Shown one piece after another: positions 54,117 through 64,000 of a stretch of 64,000 bases of DNA. The notes beneath the pieces are model-generated. The model was not told the origin of the DNA and did no database searches. It saw only the letters and a list, made by a program, of their open reading frames with translations. The position numbers and the translations under genes were made by a program. Within the stretch, counting starts at the first letter, position 1. The number at the start of each line of letters is the position of its first letter. Source of the stretch: Octopus sinensis (taxonomy: Eukaryota). The stretch lies in assembly GCF_006345805.1 (NCBI RefSeq), contig NC_042997.1, forward strand, positions 181,412,001 through 181,476,000, given 5' to 3'.

Positions 54117-55525
54117 AATCCAAACATGAAAACACAACACGAGGACGTGGAAGAAGTATAGTGTTATTGGATGCTCAGGAAAGGAAAGAAAGAAGGAGGA
54201 CTTCACGTTCCGAGCGGAGCTCTTCGTCAGAAACATAGGAAGAGAAAATATCCAAGGAAGGGAATTCGGAGGAATAAAAATCGCCAACAATACACACGCG
54301 GTCACAAATAAATGTATTTATATATATATATATGATGGTTTTTGTTAACGAGTGTCGATTTTTACAATAAGCCCTCGACTGAAAAAAAGTAGGTTTTCCC
54401 GTACGCATGGGACTCGAACCCATACCTCTTTGTTTTCGCGACAATAGTTGTCGCGAAAACAAAGAGGTGTCGGATCGAGTCCCACGCGTACGGGTTGAGA
54501 GGTTGAGTTGGGGAAGAAGCTGTGGACCAAGAGGTTTCGTAGGTTGTGGGCTCGTTTGAAGGAGGGGAGGGGTCGGTTAGGGAAGATGTGCGAAGTGGAG
54601 GGGTCGGACTGGAGTTGCCGGAAGGATCGGAAAATGGAGAGGTAGGGTGGTGGGGTAGTAGGTGAGGGGAAACGGGAGACGGCGGGGTGGGTGCGGGGGG
54701 TGAGAGCAGATGCACGGTCCGCGGAACGTGCTCTGGCAAAGGCGGTGTGGATAGTCGTGAGGGGATATCCACGTAGGATGAAGTGGTGAGCCATGAGTTG
54801 AGACTGAGTCTCAAAGTCATGGTCGTCACTACAGAGCCTGCGTAGATGGAGGAATTGGGAATAGGGGATGGAAAGCTTGGTGTGTTTAGGGTGGGAGGAA
54901 GAGAAGTTGAAGTATGAGTGAGTCTGTGTGTTTGTAGTGGATGGAGGTGGTGAGAGTGGAGTGATGAATGCTGACTGAAATGTCAAGAAAGGAGACAGAG
55001 GTGTCAGTGATAATGCAGGAGAAGTGGAGGGCAGGATGGAAAGATTTGACAAAAGAGAGGAAGGAGTCTAGATGTTCGCGGGAGAGTGAGGTCGTACCGA
55101 TACAGTCGTCAACATAACGGCCGTATAGTTCGGGAGTAGGACCAGTGAAACTTGAGAAATATTTGGGCCTCAACGTAGCCAACGAACAGGTTCGCATAGT
55201 TGGGCCCATTCTCGTTCCCATGGCCACTCCCGAGATTTGCTGGTAAAAATCACCCGCGAACGAGAAGCAGTTGAGTGAGAGGACAAGTTCAGCCAGACGA
55301 ACGAGTGTGGATGTGTCGGGTTAGGGGTTGGGTCGAAGGTCAAGGAAATGTTGGAGTGCACGCAGCCCCTCGTGGTGAGAGATCACCGTGTAAAGGCTCT
55401 GGATGTCGAAAGTGAAGAGAAGTTTAGAGGGGCTAGGAGGGAAAGAGAAAGAGTTAAACAAACGAAGCGCGTGATTGGTGTCATGGATGTGAGAGGGGAG
55501 GGAATAGTGTATGACAGGGAAGTTA
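54117..55525 (-). mobile_element. Decayed Penelope-like retroelement: RT/thumb remnant ~54495-55525 plus 3' pLTR fragment 54117-54310 with a mutated hammerhead
   Basis: TFDIQSLYT, AMGTRMGP, YGRYVDD, VSFLDI and SIPYSQFLHLRRLCS motifs across frameshifts. No GIY-YIG domain visible. Confidence 0.88.
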
Positions 55526-58344
55526 TCTTCTAGTATATTGGTATATTGAGGAATATTCAAGAGTCATTATTGTACTAGTATTTTTGTTAGAAATGATAAT
55601 TTCGGTTGGCATTTCAGTCAATAATGTTCTAAGTTTCATGAACTTATTTGGAAGGAAAAAAAAAGAGGCGTTTATGAAGTTTGTAAGTTATTATTGACTG
55701 GTGAATTTCAAAAGGGTTACCGATCGGTGATAACATTGATTTAGACCGTATGAACATGGTGTGTAGCTTGTGGTTCGGAGGAACAGAAATTACTATGGTT
55801 GTGACAGAAGAATCAGAAAGAAACAATACGTGCCAATTAGCTGGACCCATTAATTTGTGGTTGGATTCTATCCGATGATGGTGCTGTAAATGTCAAAATG
55901 TTTCACTTTTAAAACCCTTAATATGCATTCACTGCTAAATCACAATATATGTTTCTACTCTTTGGTTCCTTAATGATAGGCTTACACAGTTTCTTCAATG
56001 TCTTTTTCTTTACATTTAACGATCTGTTTTTTTATTACTGTATTTGTATTCAAAATTCGTGTCAATATAATTTTATTCCTTCAGTTTCTTAACCCTTTAT
56101 AACATTCAGTTTTTACCGTGTTGCAATAGGTGTTCAGTAACAGAGATATTTTATATATTACAGTATCCTACATCCACTCAGAACTCGGAGATATCGGTTA
56201 TAATTTTATTTCACTGTAGAATAATGTTGTGGTATCATCGTAATATAATCTCCATAATCGCATAAAATATTTATCCAACCATTGATGCATGTCCTTGATT
56301 AGTTTTACAGAGAATGGACTGCTATACACAAAATATCACTCACAGTTCATAATCTGAACTAGGTCGAAAACCAAGTGGTTAGGTTGACTAAAACGATTGA
56401 CGTCACAGGCTTAAAGCTGCATACGAGATCTAACTGCAAGCCATTGCTGGTAGTTATTCTATCTAACCCCGTGGGATGAAAAGCAAAATAAATTCAATCA
56501 AATAATCCCAAGATATCTCCAGATATTAATACGCAAAATTCCCATGTTTTATGTAGTAGGGTATGAGACCGACATTTATACAACCGTAGGTTGTGCTCTT
56601 GGGATAACAATTTTCTAACTTTTGGGAGAGGTTAGCTAATTAACTCGTTCCAGAATTTAGCTGGTATTTATTTTATCGGAGCAGAAAGGATAAAAAAAGT
56701 TGACGCTAACTAAATAAATACTTGAAGCATATTGTCAATCGATCCAAAGATTCTACCATTCTTCATAACAATCATCTCTTACGTTGGTACAAGAACACAT
56801 GACTTGATTCAGTCGGCTATGATGGAAGACTATGGACGACTAAGCCATACATTTTTACTGAAAAAAAAATCAACCCTAATACCTATTTTTTAAAGTGTGG
56901 AAATATTCTATCGGCCTTTGCCGAAACGCTAAGCTATAGGGAATTAAGCAAACCAACACCGGTTGTCAAACAGTGTGATGGCAAGTACAAAGACGCGCAC
57001 GCGAACAGACGCATACACATACATATAAGAGGGTTCCAAACAATTTCTGCCTACCAAATTTACTAACAAAGCATTGTTCGGCGCGGGGTTATAATATTAT
57101 TTGTCCATGGTGCTTCGTAGTAGGAATGAACCCGAAACTAAGAGGTTGCGAAACGGGTGAAGATGTGTATCTGTGTGCGTCATCTTAATTATCTGTGAAT
57201 TGTATTTTAATTATAGGACAAAACTATTAATTTCGTTATAAAAAAAAAGGCTTAAACATTCTATATTTTACAGGAAGTAAGTTTGATTTTCTAAAAGAAC
57301 CTTATATTTTACGGGTGATGAAGCAAACTTATTTGAATTGGAAAAGCACTATGATGCCATAGAGGGCACAACTTTCTTGCTGATTATTGTGTACTAACTT
57401 TAGCATAAAACCACGTATTATGGGAATGAAACTCTCGATCAAATCGAGTGGAATGTTGAAAGGTAAACTTAACTCTCGACGGGATTGCATAGAGAACGTG
57501 AAAGGAGGTTACTACATATTGCATAACAACTAATTTGTCGATACACCGTTTCGGTCAATCTCTGCCATAATGTATTGCTGATAGTGAACTGCATGCAATA
57601 ATAAAAAAAAGGTTCGTTTGTTTTTCATTTTTAGTTTGAACGATCGTTGATATTTTTAGTTTGTTATGAATATTACGAACTCTTGATTGCATACTAGACA
57701 AGCATAAAAAATATTCCGATCTTTTATTATATTACTTTTATTATATTACTGTGTGGGTTTATATCTGGCATCGAAGTCAGTGTAAGATATCGTGTTGCAG
57801 CAGCAATAAAGGACATTAAAAAAATTACAGTAATAACGAAAAGAAAATTAATTAAAAGCATTGAATTTGTGGAATATATGAAGCAGTTTTTTTGAAATTT
57901 AATTTTGTTTATGATTGGATCGAGAACATAATATGGAAATAATGAATTGGAAACAATTATATTCGAGTGATATATTAAGAAGTTGCATTGCTGTAATTTC
58001 TTTTTCTTTTAAACTACAAACGTGGTATATAATTACAGAGACGCAAACTTCTCATTAAATACTTTATCTCCATTGACGCATTGTCACTGCTGATTGTGTG
58101 ACCTGTTTATTAATATAAATTAAACATTAGTCATATATTATATATTTTACGATGTACATTATTTCCAATATTATCTTAACCCACTTAATCCTAGCGGTGC
58201 CATACGGTACCGTAAAAATTAGGTATAAAAAAACTTTATAACAGCGACAGGAACTGTAATTTCCCTGGAACATGTATTGAACATGTTAGGAATGGTTCTT
58301 GCCTCAATGTATGATGCAACAGTTTAGAAGCTGTGCCACTATTG

Positions 58345-58762
58345 AAGGCGGCGAGCTGGCAGAACCGTTAGCACGCCGGGCGAAATGCTTAGCGGTATTT
58401 CGTCTGCCGCTACGTTCTGAGTTCAAAATCCGCCGGGGTCAACTTTGCCTTTCATCCTTTCGAGGTCGATTAAATAAGTACCAGTTACGCACTGGGGTTG
58501 ATATAATCGACTTAATCCGTTTGTCTGTCCTTGCTTGTCCCTTCTGTGTTTAGCCCCCTTGTGGGTAGTAAAGAAATAGGTATTTCGTCTGTCTTTACGT
58601 TCTGAGTTCAAATTCCGCCGAGGTCGACTTTGCCTTTCATCCTTTCGGGGTCGATAAATTAATTACCAGTTACGCACTGGGGTCGTTGTAATCGACTTAA
58701 TCCGTTTGTCTGTCCTTGTTTGTCCCCGCTATGTTTACCCCCTTGTGGGCTATAAAGAAATA
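58345..58762 (+). mobile_element. Tx1-tailed SINE dimer (head + 2 bodies)
   Basis: Junction AAGAAATA|GGTATTTCG at 58578. TSD AGAAGCTGTGCCAC at 58326-58339 / 58763-58776. Confidence 0.9.
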
Positions 58763-59125
58763 AGAAGCTGTGCCACCTTGGGAGAGTGATCATGTGTTTT
58801 TGTCAGCTAATGTGAAAAAAATCCTCTACGGAGATGACTTCTCTAAACAGGTGAGTTACTATTTGTTTGCTCATTCGGAAATATGGTCAAAATATCTCGC
58901 ATTTTATTAGAATAATATCTAAATACTTCGTTAGAAATAGAAACAAAGGAAAATAATCCATAAGATCTATTGCAATGACGTTTGTTTTGTTGAATTATTT
59001 TATGGTGCCATATGGCACCGCTAGGAATTATACAGTACAACATGTGTTATTTCCTATATTTTTGTTTTTTTCCTTGGAACATGGACTTACAACTATGGCA
59101 GCATAGTTTTCTCTTACTATACGTG

Positions 59126-59385
59126 TTTTTACCTCCGCCAAGGATGTTATGTTTTTGCCGGCGTTGGTTTGTCCGCTTGACTGTCTGCCTGTTTGTTTGT
59201 TAGCAACATAACTCTAAAAGTTATGGATGGATTTTGATGAAATTTTCAGGAAATGTTTAAAATAGGACAAAGAACACATGATTAAATTTTTGAGGTGATT
59301 CGATGTAAATCAAACTAGGGGACGGAAGAGGGGCATGCTGCTTGGCGGAGGTCTACGCTTTCCGAGTGCTAAAGTTTCTAGCTTT
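59126..59385 (+). mobile_element. Non-autonomous Helentron/HINE-like element
   Basis: Subterminal inverted repeats ACCTCCGCCAAG / CTTGGCGGAGGT, degenerate 3' hairpin, GTTT/GTCT microsatellite after the 5' IR, T-rich ends. Confidence 0.65.
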
Positions 59386-59987
59386 TCACTATCGTGTATT
59401 TTTTCAAGAAACGTGAACTGTCTTTGAATGAAATTTTGAGTATTTTTGAAGAAGAAGATGACGACCCATATGATATTTTCATTGAACCCCCAGTGGCTAC
59501 TGACCTAACAGATGAGGATTCGAGGAAAGAAGATGAAGTTGACACCGTTCAACACATTCATCATCTCTCAGACAATTAACTTCGTGCCCCAGAAGAATTG
59601 CAATCACGAAGTACGAAAACAAAAGATAACGAAGTGACGCAGAAAGGAAGTTCTGCTGAAACTGGACAGGCTTCAGGTGTGGGAAACAAAAGAAAAAATG
59701 CCAAATTACTTGGAAAAAGGCCGTAACACAAGTGATGCCCTCCATTTTTCGACAAAAAAAAAAAAAGAGGAAATCATGTCCAGGATACTCTGATATACGA
59801 TACGATGGTTCTGAACACTATGTACGACCAGTAGCTGGGAAGAAGCGATGTCAATGTCAGGGAGAATTTTGTAAATCACAGATTCGAGCTGAATGAGGAA
59901 AATGCAATGTGGGATTTTGTAACTCGTGTTCTGCAGATTATCATAAAAAAATAAGCCGTTAATAATGAATGAAAATATATGAAATAA

Positions 59988-60370
59988 GACGCAGGAGTGG
60001 CTGTGTGGTAAGTAGCTTGTTTACCAACCACATGGTTCCGGGTTCAGTCCCACTGCGTGGCATCTTGGGCAAGTGTCTTCTGCTATAGCCCCGGGCCGAC
60101 CAATGCCTTGTGAGTGGATTTGGTAGACGGAAACTGAAAGAAGCCCGTCGTATATATGTATATATATGTGTGTGTTTGTGTGTCTGTGTTTGTCCCCCTA
60201 GCATTTACGTGTGTTTACGTCCCCGTCACTTAGCGGTTCGGCAAAAGAGACCGGTAGAATAAGTACTGGGCTTACAAAGAATAAGTCCCGGGATCGATTT
60301 GCTCGACTAAAGGCGGTGCTCCAGCATTTCCGCAGTCAAATGAATGAAACAAGTCAAAGAGTAAAAAGAG
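59988..60370 (+). mobile_element. CORE-type SINE copy
   Basis: Near-consensus match to 26750-27260. Confidence 0.8.
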
Positions 60371-62695
60371 TATATGATAAAGGAGCATTTTTTTCAATAA
60401 TAATTACCATAAAATGTATCATCTTGCCTTTTCTTTTTGTTATTTTCACTGCTATAAAAGAGGAACCTATTATACATTTGATTACTGAATAAAAAGGGAA
60501 GAAATTACCACAGTTGTGTTTTTGTACCATTATTATCCTAGCGGTGCCATATGGCACCTAGGTTTATTTAAGAATGTATTTTGAATTTTACATTTCTGGC
60601 TTTAAATCAATGTAACTGGTGTTTAAACTAACCCTTAAATAAAGTTTCAGCAAAATCAGAAATAAAAGGTTATTCTTGCAACAAATGGGTTAAAACGTTC
60701 ACTTATTTTGTTTATATTTTCCCTGAATAATTCGTTCATATAATTTGAAAATTATTTGCTTGTGAAGGTATTCAACTCTGTATTTATGTGTTCTAATTTC
60801 GTTGCATAATAAAAGAAAACAGTTAAAAAAATACAGATCAGAAGAAATAAATGAATGTTAGTAGACGCTCAAGCGCCAAGGGATGAGACGGCGTCTGAGA
60901 AGTTTAATTTTGGAGCCAAACTAACGGAAATAATTTAAGATAATTCTCTATAAAAATATTCCACGTTTCTGAGCGCGCGTTTTTATTACACTCTCTCACA
61001 CCCTCACTATCTCACTCCACTATACTTGCACACTTCTACACATCTTTACCCCCCACCATCAAATACATGCACCCCACAAAAAGACTTCTAATACCATCAT
61101 GCTCCTTACTTCCTAGCTCCCACATTGAATCGCTTTCCCATCTGGCCTTTTATCCTTTGAATTTTTTTCTCCAATCACCTTTTCTCATACATTCTTCTCT
61201 TTTAGTTTTTGGCTTCTACCTTTTTTCTGCTGAAGGACTTGTCTCCAAAGCGTCAAGTTTCTTTCCTTCTTTTTTAAGAATGAAAATAATATAACATTTA
61301 TCAAAGCTTGTCCTTCCTATGCTGTTTTCGTTCTGAGCTCGGTGCCTTCTTGATACATACATATATACATATATACATGTGTACACACATACACACGCAC
61401 ACACACGTGTGTGTGTGCGTGAACATGCATACTGATGTTTGAACGAGCATACGTGGCACAAAACTTTGAGTAACAACGCAATGAATCATAAAACTTATCC
61501 CTGAGAAATGTCAAGTCTACATGTACTGAGCAAGTTTTCTTTCGCTTGCGAACAAACACGTGTATACATATGCATACTCGCATACATCAATTTCTGTTAA
61601 CTCACAAAGAAGCAATACATTTCAGAACTCATGCATAAACAGAGAGTATTCTTTTATGCATTATTACCATCTGAAGGGTTCTAAACTGCCAGTTTCTTGT
61701 TTACGCTCCGTAATCAAAGTTTTTGTTCTCGTAAATTATTGGTATTTGAGTATATTTTGAAATATTGCGTGAACGTTATCAAGAAAACGCTTATGTCTCT
61801 ATTTTTAAAAATCTTGCGAATGTTACATATGAAAAACGCATATCTCACGCTTACGTTATGTATTTCATTTCTGGCTCTCATGAGAATACTCCAAACAATC
61901 TGCTTTCTCATCATTGCATTCAGAACTCAAACCTTATACAAGGGAGTTCACTTTAAGAACTGTTCGCCCAGAAATACAATTGGTTTCTTAAGTAATTCTT
62001 TAAAATAATTTTTTGAAAATACTTCGTAACCAACGATTTTTGCCCGAACCAGGTTGGAAATCAAGGAAGCTTGTACTTAGCTCCATGCATTTAAAGTTGT
62101 TTTGTTCAAATCGTTAATCCCCAGAAAAAAGGTTTTTAATATTTGCCTAAAAAAAATCACTTCGCAATTTGATTTGAAGCTGCTGTTCCTTTAGGGTTGT
62201 GTGTTATCTTCAACTGACAAGGTACTTTTGAATTGGCGAAAACTTGTATCAGGAAAAGAGCGTATAAATTTTGACAAAAGTAGCGAATATTTACTTTAAA
62301 TTTAAACCGAAAAATGAATATATGCGTTTATAAAATACATTATTCAACTTTAATTTAGTTGCTCCAATTTACGGTTTTGATTCATCTCTCTTGTTTGTTT
62401 CTAATTTAGCGACTCTACTGCCAAGTTTGCTAAACTGTTACCAACCCATGAATTTTGCAGATTGATGAGTGATGCTGGTCAGCTACACTGCTTCATTCAG
62501 CCTTGCTGCATTATAACCTCTGATATATCACTCAAAATCTTTATGGGCTGAACCTTGACAGAGTTCCTATTCAATATCTTACTATGCATGTGCTCCGGCG
62601 AAATTAACCCCTTCCGTCACTTTGTCCAATGCATTGGACAATTCTTCAGTTTAAATTACCAAAGAGATATAATTTGTAATTGAGTCACAGCTACC

Positions 62696-62929
62696 TATTT
62701 CTTTACCACCCACAAGGGGCTAAACACAGAGGGGACAAACAAGGACAGACAAACGGATTAAGTCGATTACATTGACCACAGTGCGTAACTGGTACTTAAT
62801 TTATCGACCCCGAAAGGATGAAAGGCAAAGTGGACCTCGGCGGAATTTGAACTCAGAACATAACGGCAGACGAAATACGGCTACGCATTTCGCCCCGCAT
62901 GCTAACGTTTCTGCCAGCTCGCCGCCTTT
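62696..62929 (-). mobile_element. Tx1-tailed SINE
   Basis: TSD TTGAGTCACAG(C/T)T(A/G)CC at 62680-62695 / 62930-62945. Confidence 0.88.
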
Positions 62930-63378
62930 TTGAGTCACAGTTGCCAATTATTTAAACACCTCTAAAACGCATATGTAACCAAGACCACGTGATTCTGACT
63001 CCGTGTTTGCTCACAAGTCTTAGAGGATGATTGCGTCTTCTCGTAAATCTCACAGATGTAAGTAAATTGGTATTTTTTTTTTACCTAGTGTTAGCAAAAT
63101 CTTTCTTTATCCATGCCAAAAATTAAGCATATTGAATACAGAATTCTTTGAAAATTTACTTAATATGTATTATTGACCTCAATTTTGGTATAAATAGAAA
63201 GTGAAAATTAAAAAAAACTGTTTTACTTTTTTTTTATCTGTGATTGAAGGGGTTAAGGAATTACTATAATAGTTCATACTGCTAAATTAAATGCTGGCTT
63301 GTATCTTAAAATATTTCCCCTCAGGTTTCTTTTAGTGTCTTCAATGTTATCTAATCGTATCGGAGAGGAGAATCCACT

Positions 63379-63580
63379 ATGTATGTATGTATGTATGTAT
63401 GTATGTATGTATGTATGTATGTATGTATGTATGTATGTATGTATGTATGTATGTATGTATGTATGTATGTATGTATGTATGTATGTATGTATGTATGTAT
63501 GTATGTATGTATGTATGTATGTATGTATGTATGTATGTATGTATGTATGTATGTATGTATGTATGTATGTATGTATGTAT
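63379..63580. repeat. (TATG)n microsatellite
   Basis: Perfect tract of about 50 units. Confidence 0.95.
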
Positions 63581-64000
63581 GGTCACTTTCGAGTGCTACT
63601 GGTAACATGTAACCCAGTACAACCTGTTGCATGGTCGGGTCGTCGGCGACTAAACCGGCAACCCCACCAAGCTTGCTTGGTGTGGAGGGTGTTTATTGGA
63701 CACCCTGCGGGATGAAAAACAAAACCCGTCAAAGGGCGGAGGAACTCTTGAGAGTCAACTGTCATCCAATAAATGACTTAAGGCTGTATCATGCGCGGGG
63801 ACATAGAAATAATCGGACTGAATACCTGATCGCGCGGTTAAACCATTGGGAGTGAAGGACTCCTAGCCTTTGTTAGGGCATCCTTCTAGGAGAAGGTAAC
63901 TCAGGTAACTGGGATAACTCCAACATAAAACTTGCGGCTCAGTGGTTACCGATGATGTTGACTTGTTCTTCTTTTCGGATTATGGCTGCTGTTGCTTAGT
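63581..64000 (+). mobile_element. Probable 5' UTR of an RTE-clade LINE running off the window
   Basis: Abrupt GC-richer structured sequence starting right after (TATG)n. GGGCATCCTTCTAGGAGAAGGTAACTC resembles RTE 5'-UTR motifs as recalled. No ORF within the window. Confidence 0.45.

Larger units (their letters stand above)
58180..60689 (+). mobile_element. Internally deleted piggyBac element carrying nested inserts
   Basis: TTAA|CCCACTT...AAATGGG|TTAA. Repeated subterminal motif TCCTAGCGGTGCCATA(C/T)GG(T/C)ACC at ~58189, ~59003 (inverted) and ~60537. Acidic N-terminus IFIEPP..LTDEDS and a C-terminal Cys-rich remnant at ~59400-59950. Confidence 0.75.

Noticed and set aside
61650-62650. Old LINE RT remnants (also ~7960-9200 and ~40750-41600)
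   Set aside because: Only faint motif traces, so family and boundaries cannot be supported by eye.

Overview
AT-rich, microsatellite-dense animal genomic DNA. The repeat families look like octopus/coleoid cephalopod, which is an inference. No host protein-coding gene could be identified, and almost all short ORFs are microsatellite translations. The window is a nest of mobile elements. (1) A near-intact, full-length Tx1/L1-clade non-LTR retrotransposon (43336-48686; CCHC ORF1 and a 1,133-aa APE-RT-zinc finger ORF2) sits inside a tRNA-derived SINE with a 16-bp target-site duplication. A variant of that SINE carries the LINE's 3' stem-loop tail and forms head+(body)n arrays with junctions at the same site, suggesting a self-targeting LINE/SINE pair. 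(2) About 16 recognisable hammerhead-ribozyme (HHR) motifs lie in non-coding, mostly (TA)n-flanked elements. These include a ~3 kb array of ~480-bp monomers, each with a type-I HHR and a central inversion (retrozyme/Penelope pLTR-like), and two fold-back elements whose HHRs have unusually long stem II. (3) Decayed hAT-like, mariner, piggyBac, Penelope, RTE and Helentron-like elements, several SINE families, a tRNA-Gln pseudogene and a ~1.2 kb inverted duplication. All alignments and folds were done by eye, so coordinates may be off by a few bases.
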